This document shows, piece after piece, positions 51,271-59,243 of a stretch of DNA of 64,000 bases (positions are counted from its first letter, which is position 1; the number at the start of each line of letters is the position of its first letter). The stretch spans positions 1,211,159-1,275,158 of the forward strand of contig OZ238992.1 of assembly GCA_965183885.1 (NCBI GenBank), written 5' to 3'. The position numbers and the translations under genes are program-made. This stretch comes from Flavobacteriales bacterium. GTDB lineage: Bacteria; Bacteroidota; Bacteroidia; Flavobacteriales; BACL11. The notes under the pieces are model-generated. The model searched no databases. It worked only from the letters and a program-made list of their open reading frames with translations, and was not told the DNA's origin.

Positions 51271-53475
51271 TTAAAATCCTAATGTAAGACCTAATAAATA
51301 GTTTCGTGTAGCTTGAGGGAAATATCCTGCCATATTATATCCTTTTTCACTATCCTTAGTTACATAGGGGTCACTACTTCTTGGGTCCCAACCGTCAGAA
51401 GTAAAGCGGTATACCCAAGCATTACTTATATACTCGTTATTTAAGAGGTTATTTATTTGTAGGCTTAGTTTTGCAGTGGTAAATACTTTGCTTTTCCACT
51501 CATAGCTCAGACGTAAGTTATTGATTAAATAGTCATTTAGCATTCTGTCTGCAGACTCACTATTGTCAATATATTGTTCGCTTACATACTTGCTAATTAA
51601 ATCAATATTGATGTTTTTATTCACCTTATAGTTAAATTGTGAAGCCCAAATAATATCTGGAGAAAATGCAATATTTACATTTTCATAAGTAATTTCTTTA
51701 GCTACTCCAGTATCCCAATTGTCAATATCTGCTACAAAAGGAGAAACTATTTTGTTTTCGCTTAAAGTCATATTTGCAGCCCAAGATAATTTGTTGGTTG
51801 GCTTAATGCTACCTTCTAATTCAATTCCTTTTCGGTAAGAGTCTTTAACGTTAACATGCGTTATAGCTCCAACATCATTTATTTCTCCAGTAAGTACAAG
51901 TTGATTGTTGTATTTCATTAAGTAGATATTGGCATTAAATTTAATCATGTCTCCGTTGTATTTATACCCAATCTCAGTGTCATAAAGTGTTTCATGTAAA
52001 GGACGAGATTTTGGAGTGCTCTCAACATAGTCGCTTCTTCCTGGCTCTTTATTGGCAACGGCAAAAGATGCGTATACTGATTGCTTTTGGTTTAAAGCAT
52101 GAAAAACACCAAGCTTTGGATTAGAAAATCCTAAGGCAACTTCTTGGTTGTCAGAATCTCCATTATTATTTAAACCTACAAATTCATAGTTAATTCTTCT
52201 GTTTTGTAAGTCAATATAAATATTTGTAGCATCGTTAAAGTTGTAATTTGCCTTTACATAAAAACTCTGGTCAAACTTAGTCCCAATATTTCTGTAATAT
52301 TCATGGTTTAATGCTCCATTACTAGCGTATTGTGCCCAGATTATATTTCCATAATGCTGTCCACTATATCTGTTTCCTGCTCCTCCAATACTAAGGTCAA
52401 CTGCTCCTATTTTATGATTAAGAGAGAAAGTTATTCCGCCAAAATCATTGTTTAACCATTTTCTTCTGATAAGATTGGTACTTGTTATAGTGTCACTCCC
52501 TAGATGAATATTATTTAAATTATAATCTACAAAATCTGCTCCTAGTTTTTCTTGTTCATAATAACCCTCACCATGTGTGTAATGTGCAGCAATATTAAAG
52601 TTAGTAATTGAGCTTACTTGTTTAGTGTAGTGCAGCTGGTAATGTGTTTGACTGTAATTGTCAACTTCATTTTCATAACTGTAAGAGTTGTAAGTTCTGT
52701 TTGTGTCTAAATAGTTTAGTGGCACACCATTCCAGGCTTGGTAAGTGCGCTCATTTCCTGAGAAAACAATACCTTTTAATACAGAGTTAGCTCCAAAATA
52801 AGCTCCTTGTAGATATAAAGACTTTAAGTTAGATGTAGCTCTATCAATATATCCATCAGATGATATGCGTGATAAACGACCATCAAAAGCAAATTTATTA
52901 TTGATTAATCCAGTTCCAAATTCAATATTGTTTTTTAATGTAGCGTAGCTTCCAATACTATTATTACTAATAGTGTAGGCTTTCTTGTTTAATCCATCAG
53001 TTTTTAAGTTAACAGAAGCTCCAAAAGCTGAACCTCCATTGGTAGAAGTTCCAACTCCTCTTTGTATCTGTATGTCTTCAACTGAGGAAGAGAAATCAGG
53101 CATGTTTACCCACCATACATTTTGACTTTCAGAATCATTTAATGGAATTCCATTTATGGTTACATTAATTCGTGTTGGGTCAGTTCCTCTTATTCGGAAT
53201 CCCGTGTATCCAACTCCTGCTCCTGCGTCGGAAGAAGCAACTACTGATGGTGTAAGCGAAATCATATAAGGTAAATCTTGCCCCAGATTTCCTTTTTCAA
53301 TTTCTGATTTGCTAATGTTTGTAAAAGCAACAGGAGTTTTTTCATTAGCTCTAAGTGCATTTACATTTACTTCTTCCAGTACTTTTTGCATAGCAATAGT
53401 ATCTGTTTTTTGCTGTGCAAAACCAATTAATGGAATTGTAAGCAAGGCAATTAAGCCACTTTTTTTGTTAAACAT
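51271..53475 (-). CDS. TonB-dependent outer-membrane receptor (TPP-riboswitch controlled, thiamine-related candidate)
   Basis: 734 aa with a signal peptide, a plug (IQIQRGVGTSTNGGSAFGASVN), a long barrel and a C-terminal ..LGLTLGF. A TPP aptamer lies in its 5' leader. Confidence 0.9.
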   Translation of the reverse strand: MFNKKSGLIALLTIPLIGFAQQKTDTIAMQKVLEEVNVNALRANEKTPVAFTNISKSEIEKGNLGQDLPYMISLTPSVVASSDAGAGVGYTGFRIRGTDPTRINVTINGIPLNDSESQNVWWVNMPDFSSSVEDIQIQRGVGTSTNGGSAFGASVNLKTDGLNKKAYTISNNSIGSYATLKNNIEFGTGLINNKFAFDGRLSRISSDGYIDRATSNLKSLYLQGAYFGANSVLKGIVFSGNERTYQAWNGVPLNYLDTNRTYNSYSYENEVDNYSQTHYQLHYTKQVSSITNFNIAAHYTHGEGYYEQEKLGADFVDYNLNNIHLGSDTITSTNLIRRKWLNNDFGGITFSLNHKIGAVDLSIGGAGNRYSGQHYGNIIWAQYASNGALNHEYYRNIGTKFDQSFYVKANYNFNDATNIYIDLQNRRINYEFVGLNNNGDSDNQEVALGFSNPKLGVFHALNQKQSVYASFAVANKEPGRSDYVESTPKSRPLHETLYDTEIGYKYNGDMIKFNANIYLMKYNNQLVLTGEINDVGAITHVNVKDSYRKGIELEGSIKPTNKLSWAANMTLSENKIVSPFVADIDNWDTGVAKEITYENVNIAFSPDIIWASQFNYKVNKNINIDLISKYVSEQYIDNSESADRMLNDYLINNLRLSYEWKSKVFTTAKLSLQINNLLNNEYISNAWVYRFTSDGWDPRSSDPYVTKDSEKGYNMAGYFPQATRNYLLGLTLGF

Positions 53476-53534
53476 TTTTTATTTTTTTAGTTAACATTAC
53501 ACACATAATGGGGTTAATGCGTGTTTATTTAATG

Positions 53535-53615
53535 AAAACTCATTTTCCTATGATGAATTACCACCTCAGGTTCAATGGGTATGATCTCAGCCTTGCGGCA
53601 CCCCTTTTAAGACGT
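53535..53615 (-). promoter_or_regulatory. TPP (THI-box) riboswitch aptamer
   Basis: The minus strand reads AAAGGGGTGCCGCAAGGCTGAGATCATACCCATTGAACCTGAGGTGGTAATTCATCATAGGAAAA. This matches the conserved GGGGUGC..GGCUGAGA..ACCC..ACCUGA..GG.UAAU...UAGGrA core of Rfam RF00059, compared by eye with E. coli thiM. Confidence 0.85.
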
Positions 53616-53635
53616 CGCAAAATTAGAAATAGATT

Positions 53636-54154
53636 TTAAATAGAATCTATTAGTTGAGATATTTTTAAAATGGAATCTTTTAATCTTTCTTCTCCTTTAA
53701 TAATAGAATATTGTTGTCCTAATGTTGTTAATTCTTTAGTGTAAATATTAAAAAGCTCAGCTCTATTATTTGGGTTTTCTCTTTGAGGGTCAGCCTTCCA
53801 AGGAATATCAGGTTTGCATAGTAAATAAAAGCGTTGCTCAGTTTTTAGTTGTTCTATTTGTTGAGTAATCCATTTGTCGCAATTATCATATTTATATTCA
53901 CTCCATATTTTTATGGTAATAAGGTCGGTATCGTGTAAAGATATTTGTTGTTTATGAGTAGCTAGTTGTTCAAGTTTTACTTGTCCTTTTGCAATATTTA
54001 ATAGATCTTCTTGAGTGTAAGTCTTGTTTAGCTTCTCAAGGTATTTTCGTGCATATTCATCAGAGAATGGAATATTAAAATACTTAGATAGCTGCTTGCA
54101 AAGTGTTGTTTTTCCGCTACTTTCTGGTCCTGTTATAATTATTTTAAGACTCAC
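53636..54154 (-). CDS. P-loop kinase of the NadR C-terminal (ribosylnicotinamide kinase, AAA_28-like) type
   Basis: 172 aa. IIITGPESSGKTTL is a Walker A motif, followed by DEYARKYLE and DIPWKADPQRE. It overlaps pnuC by 11 nt. Confidence 0.7.
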   Translation of the reverse strand: MSLKIIITGPESSGKTTLCKQLSKYFNIPFSDEYARKYLEKLNKTYTQEDLLNIAKGQVKLEQLATHKQQISLHDTDLITIKIWSEYKYDNCDKWITQQIEQLKTEQRFYLLCKPDIPWKADPQRENPNNRAELFNIYTKELTTLGQQYSIIKGEERLKDSILKISQLIDSI

Positions 54155-54770
54155 TAGGCATCAGTTTTAGCCACTTAAAATATCCGAATACTGCAATTAT
54201 TGTATATGCAATAAATAGGAGGGCAGTAAGGTGTAAATCTCTACTAAAATATAAATAAACTGATACAGCATCAATAACAATCCAGTACAACCAATTTCCT
54301 AATACTTTTTTAGTAACCATATAGGTTGCAAATATTGAAAATACTGTAGTGAAAGAATCTACTATTGGCATTTTTGCATTTGTATAAGTTGCAAAGTAAA
54401 AGCCCATTAAAAAGGTAAGTATAGAAGCAATTAAAATAATAAGTAATTGTTTGCTGATACTCCATTGTGTTATTTGTAATGTTCCTTTTTTTTTATTCCA
54501 TTGGTAATAGCCGTAAAAAGCCATAATTAAATAAAAAACTTGTAAGCCTGTTTCTGGGTAAAGCTGTGCAGTATAGCAAATATAGATATATAGTATTACA
54601 CTTATTGCAGCAGCTCCCCAACACCAAATACTTTCTTTGGCGGCAAGTATTACATAGGCAATGCTGAATAGTACAGCAAGAGTTTCAATGATGGTCCAGT
54701 TGAAGTTAAGTTGAGCAATTTCTTCCATAGTGTGGGGCGAAAATACAAATTTGTATAAGTTTGCAAGCAA
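54144..54770 (-). CDS. pnuC: PnuC-family vitamin transporter (nicotinamide riboside or thiamine, PnuC/PnuT)
   Basis: 208 aa with about 7 TM segments and conserved Trp-rich segments (WCWGAA, YYQW, NWLYW). Coupled to the NR-kinase-like gene. Confidence 0.75.
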   Translation of the reverse strand: MLANLYKFVFSPHTMEEIAQLNFNWTIIETLAVLFSIAYVILAAKESIWCWGAAAISVILYIYICYTAQLYPETGLQVFYLIMAFYGYYQWNKKKGTLQITQWSISKQLLIILIASILTFLMGFYFATYTNAKMPIVDSFTTVFSIFATYMVTKKVLGNWLYWIVIDAVSVYLYFSRDLHLTALLFIAYTIIAVFGYFKWLKLMPSES

Positions 54771-54835
54771 AAAGGTAGTTTTTAGTGAATAAGCATTAAA
54801 GGCAACCTTTTATAAACACAGAAAATATTAGACAG

Positions 54836-55693
54836 ATGAAAAAAATTACCATAGTTACTTTATTAAGTTTTATTGTTTCATTAGCACTTGCACAAGAAAA
54901 AGCATATCAAATATATAATAAGGACGGAAAGAAGATTACATACAAAAAAATGTTATCTAAGATAGAAGATGCTGATGTAGTACTTTTTGGAGAAAACCAT
55001 AATGATCCTATTTCACATTGGTTGCAATTGGAACTCACTAAAAGCTTATACGAAAAGTATGAGGATAATTTAATGCTTGGAGCAGAGATGTTGGAGTCAG
55101 ATAATCAAGTGCAATTAAATGAATATTTACTGGGTTTTATTAGGGAGAAAGATTTTGAAAAAGAATCTAAAATTTGGCCGAATCATAAAACAGATTATAG
55201 GCCTCTTGTAAGCTTTGCAAAAGATAATAGTTTACATTTTGTAGCAACAAATATTCCTAGGAGATTTGCTAATATAGTTTATCGTTTTGGCATTGATACT
55301 TTAAACTTTCTTCCAGATGCTTCAAAGCAATTTATTGCCCCATTGCCTATGGCTTACGATACTTCTTTGCAGTGTTATAAGGAGATTTCTGAAATGGCTG
55401 GAGGTCATGGAGGTGAAAACTTGCCAAAATCACAGGCAATAAAAGATGCTACTATGGCTCACTTCATCCATGCTAATATGAAAGAGAATACAAGGTTCTT
55501 GCACTTTAATGGTTCTTATCATTCAAGGTATTACGAATCAATAATGTGGTATTTATTGCGTTTAAATCCTAGCTTAACTATTCAGACTATAGAAGTTGTT
55601 GAGCAGGCTGATATTTCAGAGTTTAATAAAGAATTAAAGACTAATGCAGATTTCTTTATAGTTGTTGATGAAGATATGTGTAAGACGCATTAG
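54836..55693 (+). CDS. ChaN-like (haem-binding uptake, Tiki superfamily) secreted protein
   Basis: Signal peptide. ADVVLFGENHNDPISHW and LGAEMLESD motifs resemble ChaN/PF04187. Family recall only. Confidence 0.65.
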   Translation: MKKITIVTLLSFIVSLALAQEKAYQIYNKDGKKITYKKMLSKIEDADVVLFGENHNDPISHWLQLELTKSLYEKYEDNLMLGAEMLESDNQVQLNEYLLGFIREKDFEKESKIWPNHKTDYRPLVSFAKDNSLHFVATNIPRRFANIVYRFGIDTLNFLPDASKQFIAPLPMAYDTSLQCYKEISEMAGGHGGENLPKSQAIKDATMAHFIHANMKENTRFLHFNGSYHSRYYESIMWYLLRLNPSLTIQTIEVVEQADISEFNKELKTNADFFIVVDEDMCKTH

Positions 55694-55950
55694 AACCTAG
55701 GTTTCTCTTCTAGGCTAGAATTGATAATTTTTAGTGTAAACACAACAGATTTTTCGTTTAAAAAAGTGTTTTCCATTTCAGAATTAATGGCATTCATCAC
55801 TCTTTTGTAATCTCCAAAAACTTGAGTGCTCATTCCATTGGTATCTACTTTAATAAAAGCATGTGTTCTTAAGTTTTTAATAAAAGCAATTATTGCTAGT
55901 TTAAAATCTTCTTTTAGGGGGTACATTGATATTTCTACTGAACAGTTCAT
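55690..55950 (-). CDS. MTH1187/YkoF-like (DUF77, annotated thiamine-binding) small protein
   Basis: 86 aa. The N-terminal VEISMYPL.. and the beta-alpha-beta pattern resemble the DUF77 family. Low-certainty recall. Confidence 0.45.
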   Translation of the reverse strand: MNCSVEISMYPLKEDFKLAIIAFIKNLRTHAFIKVDTNGMSTQVFGDYKRVMNAINSEMENTFLNEKSVVFTLKIINSSLEEKPRF

Positions 55951-56708
55951 TATAAGTTATGTATTGCTTCTGAAATTTCTAGAATTAGGTTGTCATCTTT
56001 TTCTATAGCATTTCCTACTACAATAATATCGGCTCCCGCCTTGCAGTTGGCTATAGCTTTTGCTCCTGAGTCTATACCGCCTCCAATAATTATTGGGCAA
56101 TCGACTGATTTTCTTACAGTAGTAATCATATGCTCTGATATAGGGTTTTTGGCGCCACTCCCACCATCCATAAAAATAAGTTTTAACCCTAGCATCTCCC
56201 CAGCCATAGCGGTACACGCTGCTACTGCATTTTTGTCAGCAGGAATAGGGGTGGTATTACTCATATAAGAAACTGTAGTTGGCTTTCCACTATCAATTAG
56301 CATATATCCAGTAGGTAAAACTTCTAATGAAGATTGTTTTAATATTGGGGCTGTAATTACTTGCTTTCCAATAAGCATCTCAGCATTTCTTCCTGATATT
56401 AGAGAAAGGAAAAGGATTCCATCAGCTTTATCATTTACTTGCATAGCATTACCAGGAAATAATACCACAGGAATTTCTGAATGGTTTTTTAAGGTAGAAA
56501 GACATATGTCTAAACTGTCATTAGTAAGTAAAGAGCCGCCAACAAAAAAGAAATCTGCTTTTGCTTGCTTTGCTTTTTCAATAATAATGAGAAGTTCTTC
56601 TTTATCTTGTTTGTCAGGATCTATTAATATTGAGAAAAGTTTGCTGTCTTTTTGCTTACTGTTTAATATGTGATTGTAAATATTCATAGCTTCTAATTCT
56701 ATTTGCAA
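55950..56708 (-). CDS. geranylgeranylglyceryl phosphate synthase family protein (PcrB/GGGPS-like)
   Basis: ILIDPDK, FFVGGS, VVLFPGN, FMDGGSGA, IIGGGI and IVVGNAIE match the TIM-barrel GGGPS/PcrB motif series. An alternative start is Met8 (56687). Confidence 0.8.
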   Translation of the reverse strand: MQIELEAMNIYNHILNSKQKDSKLFSILIDPDKQDKEELLIIIEKAKQAKADFFFVGGSLLTNDSLDICLSTLKNHSEIPVVLFPGNAMQVNDKADGILFLSLISGRNAEMLIGKQVITAPILKQSSLEVLPTGYMLIDSGKPTTVSYMSNTTPIPADKNAVAACTAMAGEMLGLKLIFMDGGSGAKNPISEHMITTVRKSVDCPIIIGGGIDSGAKAIANCKAGADIIVVGNAIEKDDNLILEISEAIHNL

Positions 56709-57280
56709 ACATACGCTAAATAGTGGGTATTAATTTTTTGATAGTTTAAGATTAATTCTTGACCTTTTAAAAAAGCAGTAACTACTCCTTTGTTATTAAT
56801 ATTGAAGTCATCTATTGTAATATCTTTAATAAAGTCAACTCCTCCTTTTTGGTGCCATTTGTAGATGGCTTCTTTTAGGCACCATATTAAAGTTGCTTTT
56901 TCTTTGCTAAGATTTTTTAATTTTTCTGAAGGTATAAACTTCGGGGCTATGCGAAGGGCTTTTTCAGATATTTCTTCTATGTCTAGCCCTACTTTTATAT
57001 TGCTAATAATATGCATGACTAATTTTTTGGAGTGTGAAATAGATATAAATAAATCATTTGAAAGTAAAGGTGCTCCAAAATCATTGTAGTTTAATATGAT
57101 GCCTGGCTGGGTTTCTTCTAATAATATCCTGCTGGCTAACCATTCTTTCTTTCTGTTTATATTATTTATATTCTTGGGGATTTTAAAAGAAGACAGACTT
57201 AAAAGTTCTTCTAGGGATTCTTCTATTTTCCAGCAGCTAATTAAAGCGTTATTTTCTTTGATTTTTAAGGCGATTCCCAT
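56699..57280 (-). CDS. 4'-phosphopantetheinyl transferase superfamily protein (Sfp-like)
   Basis: ISISHS, GLDIEE and WCLKEAIYKW are PPTase motifs. Confidence 0.75.
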   Translation of the reverse strand: MGIALKIKENNALISCWKIEESLEELLSLSSFKIPKNINNINRKKEWLASRILLEETQPGIILNYNDFGAPLLSNDLFISISHSKKLVMHIISNIKVGLDIEEISEKALRIAPKFIPSEKLKNLSKEKATLIWCLKEAIYKWHQKGGVDFIKDITIDDFNINNKGVVTAFLKGQELILNYQKINTHYLAYVCK

Positions 57281-57345
57281 ATCTTAATATATTGGTTGCT
57301 AAAGTAATAATAATGCTTATCTTTGCCATCCTTAAAAAATAAAAA

Positions 57346-58653
57346 ATGGAAGTAACTACTATGAACTATAAAGTAAAAGATATCTCATTGGCAGAATGGG
57401 GAAGAAAAGAAATTACATTGGCTGAGGCAGAGATGCCAGGATTAATGTCAATTAGAGAAGAGTATGGAGATAGTAAGCCACTTGCTGGAGCTCGTATTGC
57501 AGGTTGCTTGCATATGACTATTCAAACAGCAGTATTGATTGAAACATTAACGCATTTAGGAGCTGAGGTTACTTGGTCTTCTTGTAATATATTCTCTACT
57601 CAAGATCAAGCAGCAGCTGCTATTGCAGCAACAGGTGTTCCTGTTTTTGCTTGGAAAGGAATGAATGAGGAAGAGTTTGATTGGTGTATCTTACAGACGC
57701 TTACTGCTTTTGAAGGAGGAAAGTCATTAAATATGATTTTAGATGATGGAGGTGATTTAACAAATATGGTGTTAGATAGATTTCCTGAAATGGTTGAGGC
57801 TATCAAAGGGCTTTCGGAAGAAACTACAACTGGAGTACATAGGTTGTATGAAAGAATGGAAAAAGGAACTTTAACTTTACCTGCTATTAATATTAACGAT
57901 TCAGTTACTAAATCAAAATTTGATAATAAATATGGATGTAAAGAGTCATTAGTAGATGCTATTAGAAGAGCTACTGATGTAATGATGGCTGGAAAAGTAG
58001 CTGTAGTTGCAGGTTATGGTGATGTTGGTAAAGGTTCTGCTGCTTCATTAAGAGGTGCAGGGGCAAGAGTTATTGTTACTGAGATTGATCCTATTTGTGC
58101 TTTACAAGCTGCAATGGATGGTTTTGCAGTAAAAAGAATGGATGATGCGTGTAAAAATGCTGATATTGTAGTAACTACTACAGGAAATAAAGATATTATT
58201 CAGTCTCGTCATTTTGAGACAATGAAGGATAAGACTATTGTTTGTAATATTGGGCACTTCGATAATGAAATTGATGTAGCTTGGTTAAATGATAATTGGG
58301 GACATACTAAAAATACAGTAAAGCCTCAGGTAGATATGTATACTATTGATGGGAAAGATATTATTTTATTAGCAGAAGGAAGGTTGGTAAACTTAGGTTG
58401 TGCAACAGGGCATCCTTCATTTGTAATGTCTAATTCATTTACAAATCAGGTATTGGCTCAATTAGAGCTTTGGAATAATACGGATCAGTACGAGAATAAA
58501 GTATATATGCTTCCTAAGCATCTGGATGAAAAAGTAGCAAGATTGCATTTAGCTAAGATTGGTGTTGAGTTAGAGACTTTACGTCCTGATCAGGCTGAAT
58601 ATATTGGGGTAACAGTTGATGGTCCTTATAAGCCTGAATATTATAGATACTAA
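57346..58653 (+). CDS. ahcY: adenosylhomocysteinase
   Basis: 435 aa. [16 protein letters not shown], the NAD-binding GYGDVGKG and HFDNEID. An alternative start is Met6 (57361). Confidence 0.97.
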   Translation: MEVTTMNYKVKDISLAEWGRKEITLAEAEMPGLMSIREEYGDSKPLAGARIAGCLHMTIQTAVLIETLTHLGAEVTWSSCNIFSTQDQAAAAIAATGVPVFAWKGMNEEEFDWCILQTLTAFEGGKSLNMILDDGGDLTNMVLDRFPEMVEAIKGLSEETTTGVHRLYERMEKGTLTLPAININDSVTKSKFDNKYGCKESLVDAIRRATDVMMAGKVAVVAGYGDVGKGSAASLRGAGARVIVTEIDPICALQAAMDGFAVKRMDDACKNADIVVTTTGNKDIIQSRHFETMKDKTIVCNIGHFDNEIDVAWLNDNWGHTKNTVKPQVDMYTIDGKDIILLAEGRLVNLGCATGHPSFVMSNSFTNQVLAQLELWNNTDQYENKVYMLPKHLDEKVARLHLAKIGVELETLRPDQAEYIGVTVDGPYKPEYYRY

Positions 58654-58674
58654 TTAATATAGTGTAAATTATAT

Positions 58675-58708
58675 TTTAAAAAAGGCTCGGTTTTCCGAGC
58701 CTTTTTTA
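58675..58708. terminator. bidirectional terminator between ahcY and the convergent lipoprotein gene
   Basis: Stem GGCTCGG/CCGAGCC (58684..58701) with loop TTTT, flanked by A and T runs. Confidence 0.75.
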
Positions 58709-59119
58709 ATTAAATACGTGCAAGGTGCTACTATTTAAAGTCCAATTGTATTGTTTAAGAGGAAGAAGAGCAGGTCCATTTGAAACCTCGCCATTTTGAT
58801 CTAAAATAAAAGCCGAGGTACAACAGCCACAATAGGCAATAGTTGAATTTATAGAATCAATATATGAGCAGCTTAATGAGGGTTCATAGCTGCAATTTCT
58901 GTCATACACCCGATATTCATTAGTTGCAAAATGGTATATGATAATGCCTTGGTTTCCTCCGCTAACAAGTATTGAGTTACCAAATGCATCCAGCTCACTG
59001 TATTCAGGAAGGCTTAAATCAAGCTCAAAGTTAACATAGACATCTTGTATGTAGTCATCTTTAGAGTTGCAGCTAAGGAGTAAAAAAATAGTGCCAATAA
59101 ATACGGTGCTTAATTTCAT
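58706..59119 (-). CDS. Cys-rich lipoprotein with a Rieske-like sequence pattern
   Basis: Lipobox LLSC at residues 14-17. The C-terminal pattern C-S-Y..(22 aa)..C-G-C-C-T-S-A-F..NG....GPA..PL..Y resembles the Rieske CxH..CxxH..F..G..P layout, with the His ligands replaced. Confidence 0.5.
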   Translation of the reverse strand: MKLSTVFIGTIFLLLSCNSKDDYIQDVYVNFELDLSLPEYSELDAFGNSILVSGGNQGIIIYHFATNEYRVYDRNCSYEPSLSCSYIDSINSTIAYCGCCTSAFILDQNGEVSNGPALLPLKQYNWTLNSSTLHVFN

Positions 59120-59210
59120 AATTGCAATTCTATTAAAAAGAAATGGATTTGTGTGTCTTTTCTCTGTTAAAATATTTGTATCTTTACGCCCTTTGAAAAT
59201 TAGAATTCAT

Positions 59211-59234
59211 ATTTAAACGAAAATTTAAACGAAA
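59211..59234 (+). repeat. perfect 12-bp tandem duplication in the leader of the 1229-aa receptor gene
   Basis: ATTTAAACGAAA at 59211..59222 is repeated at 59223..59234, ending 9 nt before the ATG at 59244. Confidence 0.9.
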
Positions 59235-59243
59235 CATTACACT

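Noticed and set aside
55990-56268. Two overlapping ORFs (plus 55990..56268, minus 55993..56217) inside the GGGPS gene
   Set aside because: The GGGPS reading frame carries a complete conserved motif series. The alternative frames have no recognisable features.
57281-57345. Looked for an SAH or SAM riboswitch upstream of ahcY
   Set aside because: The leader is only 65 nt, AT-rich, and has no conserved stem or pseudoknot elements.
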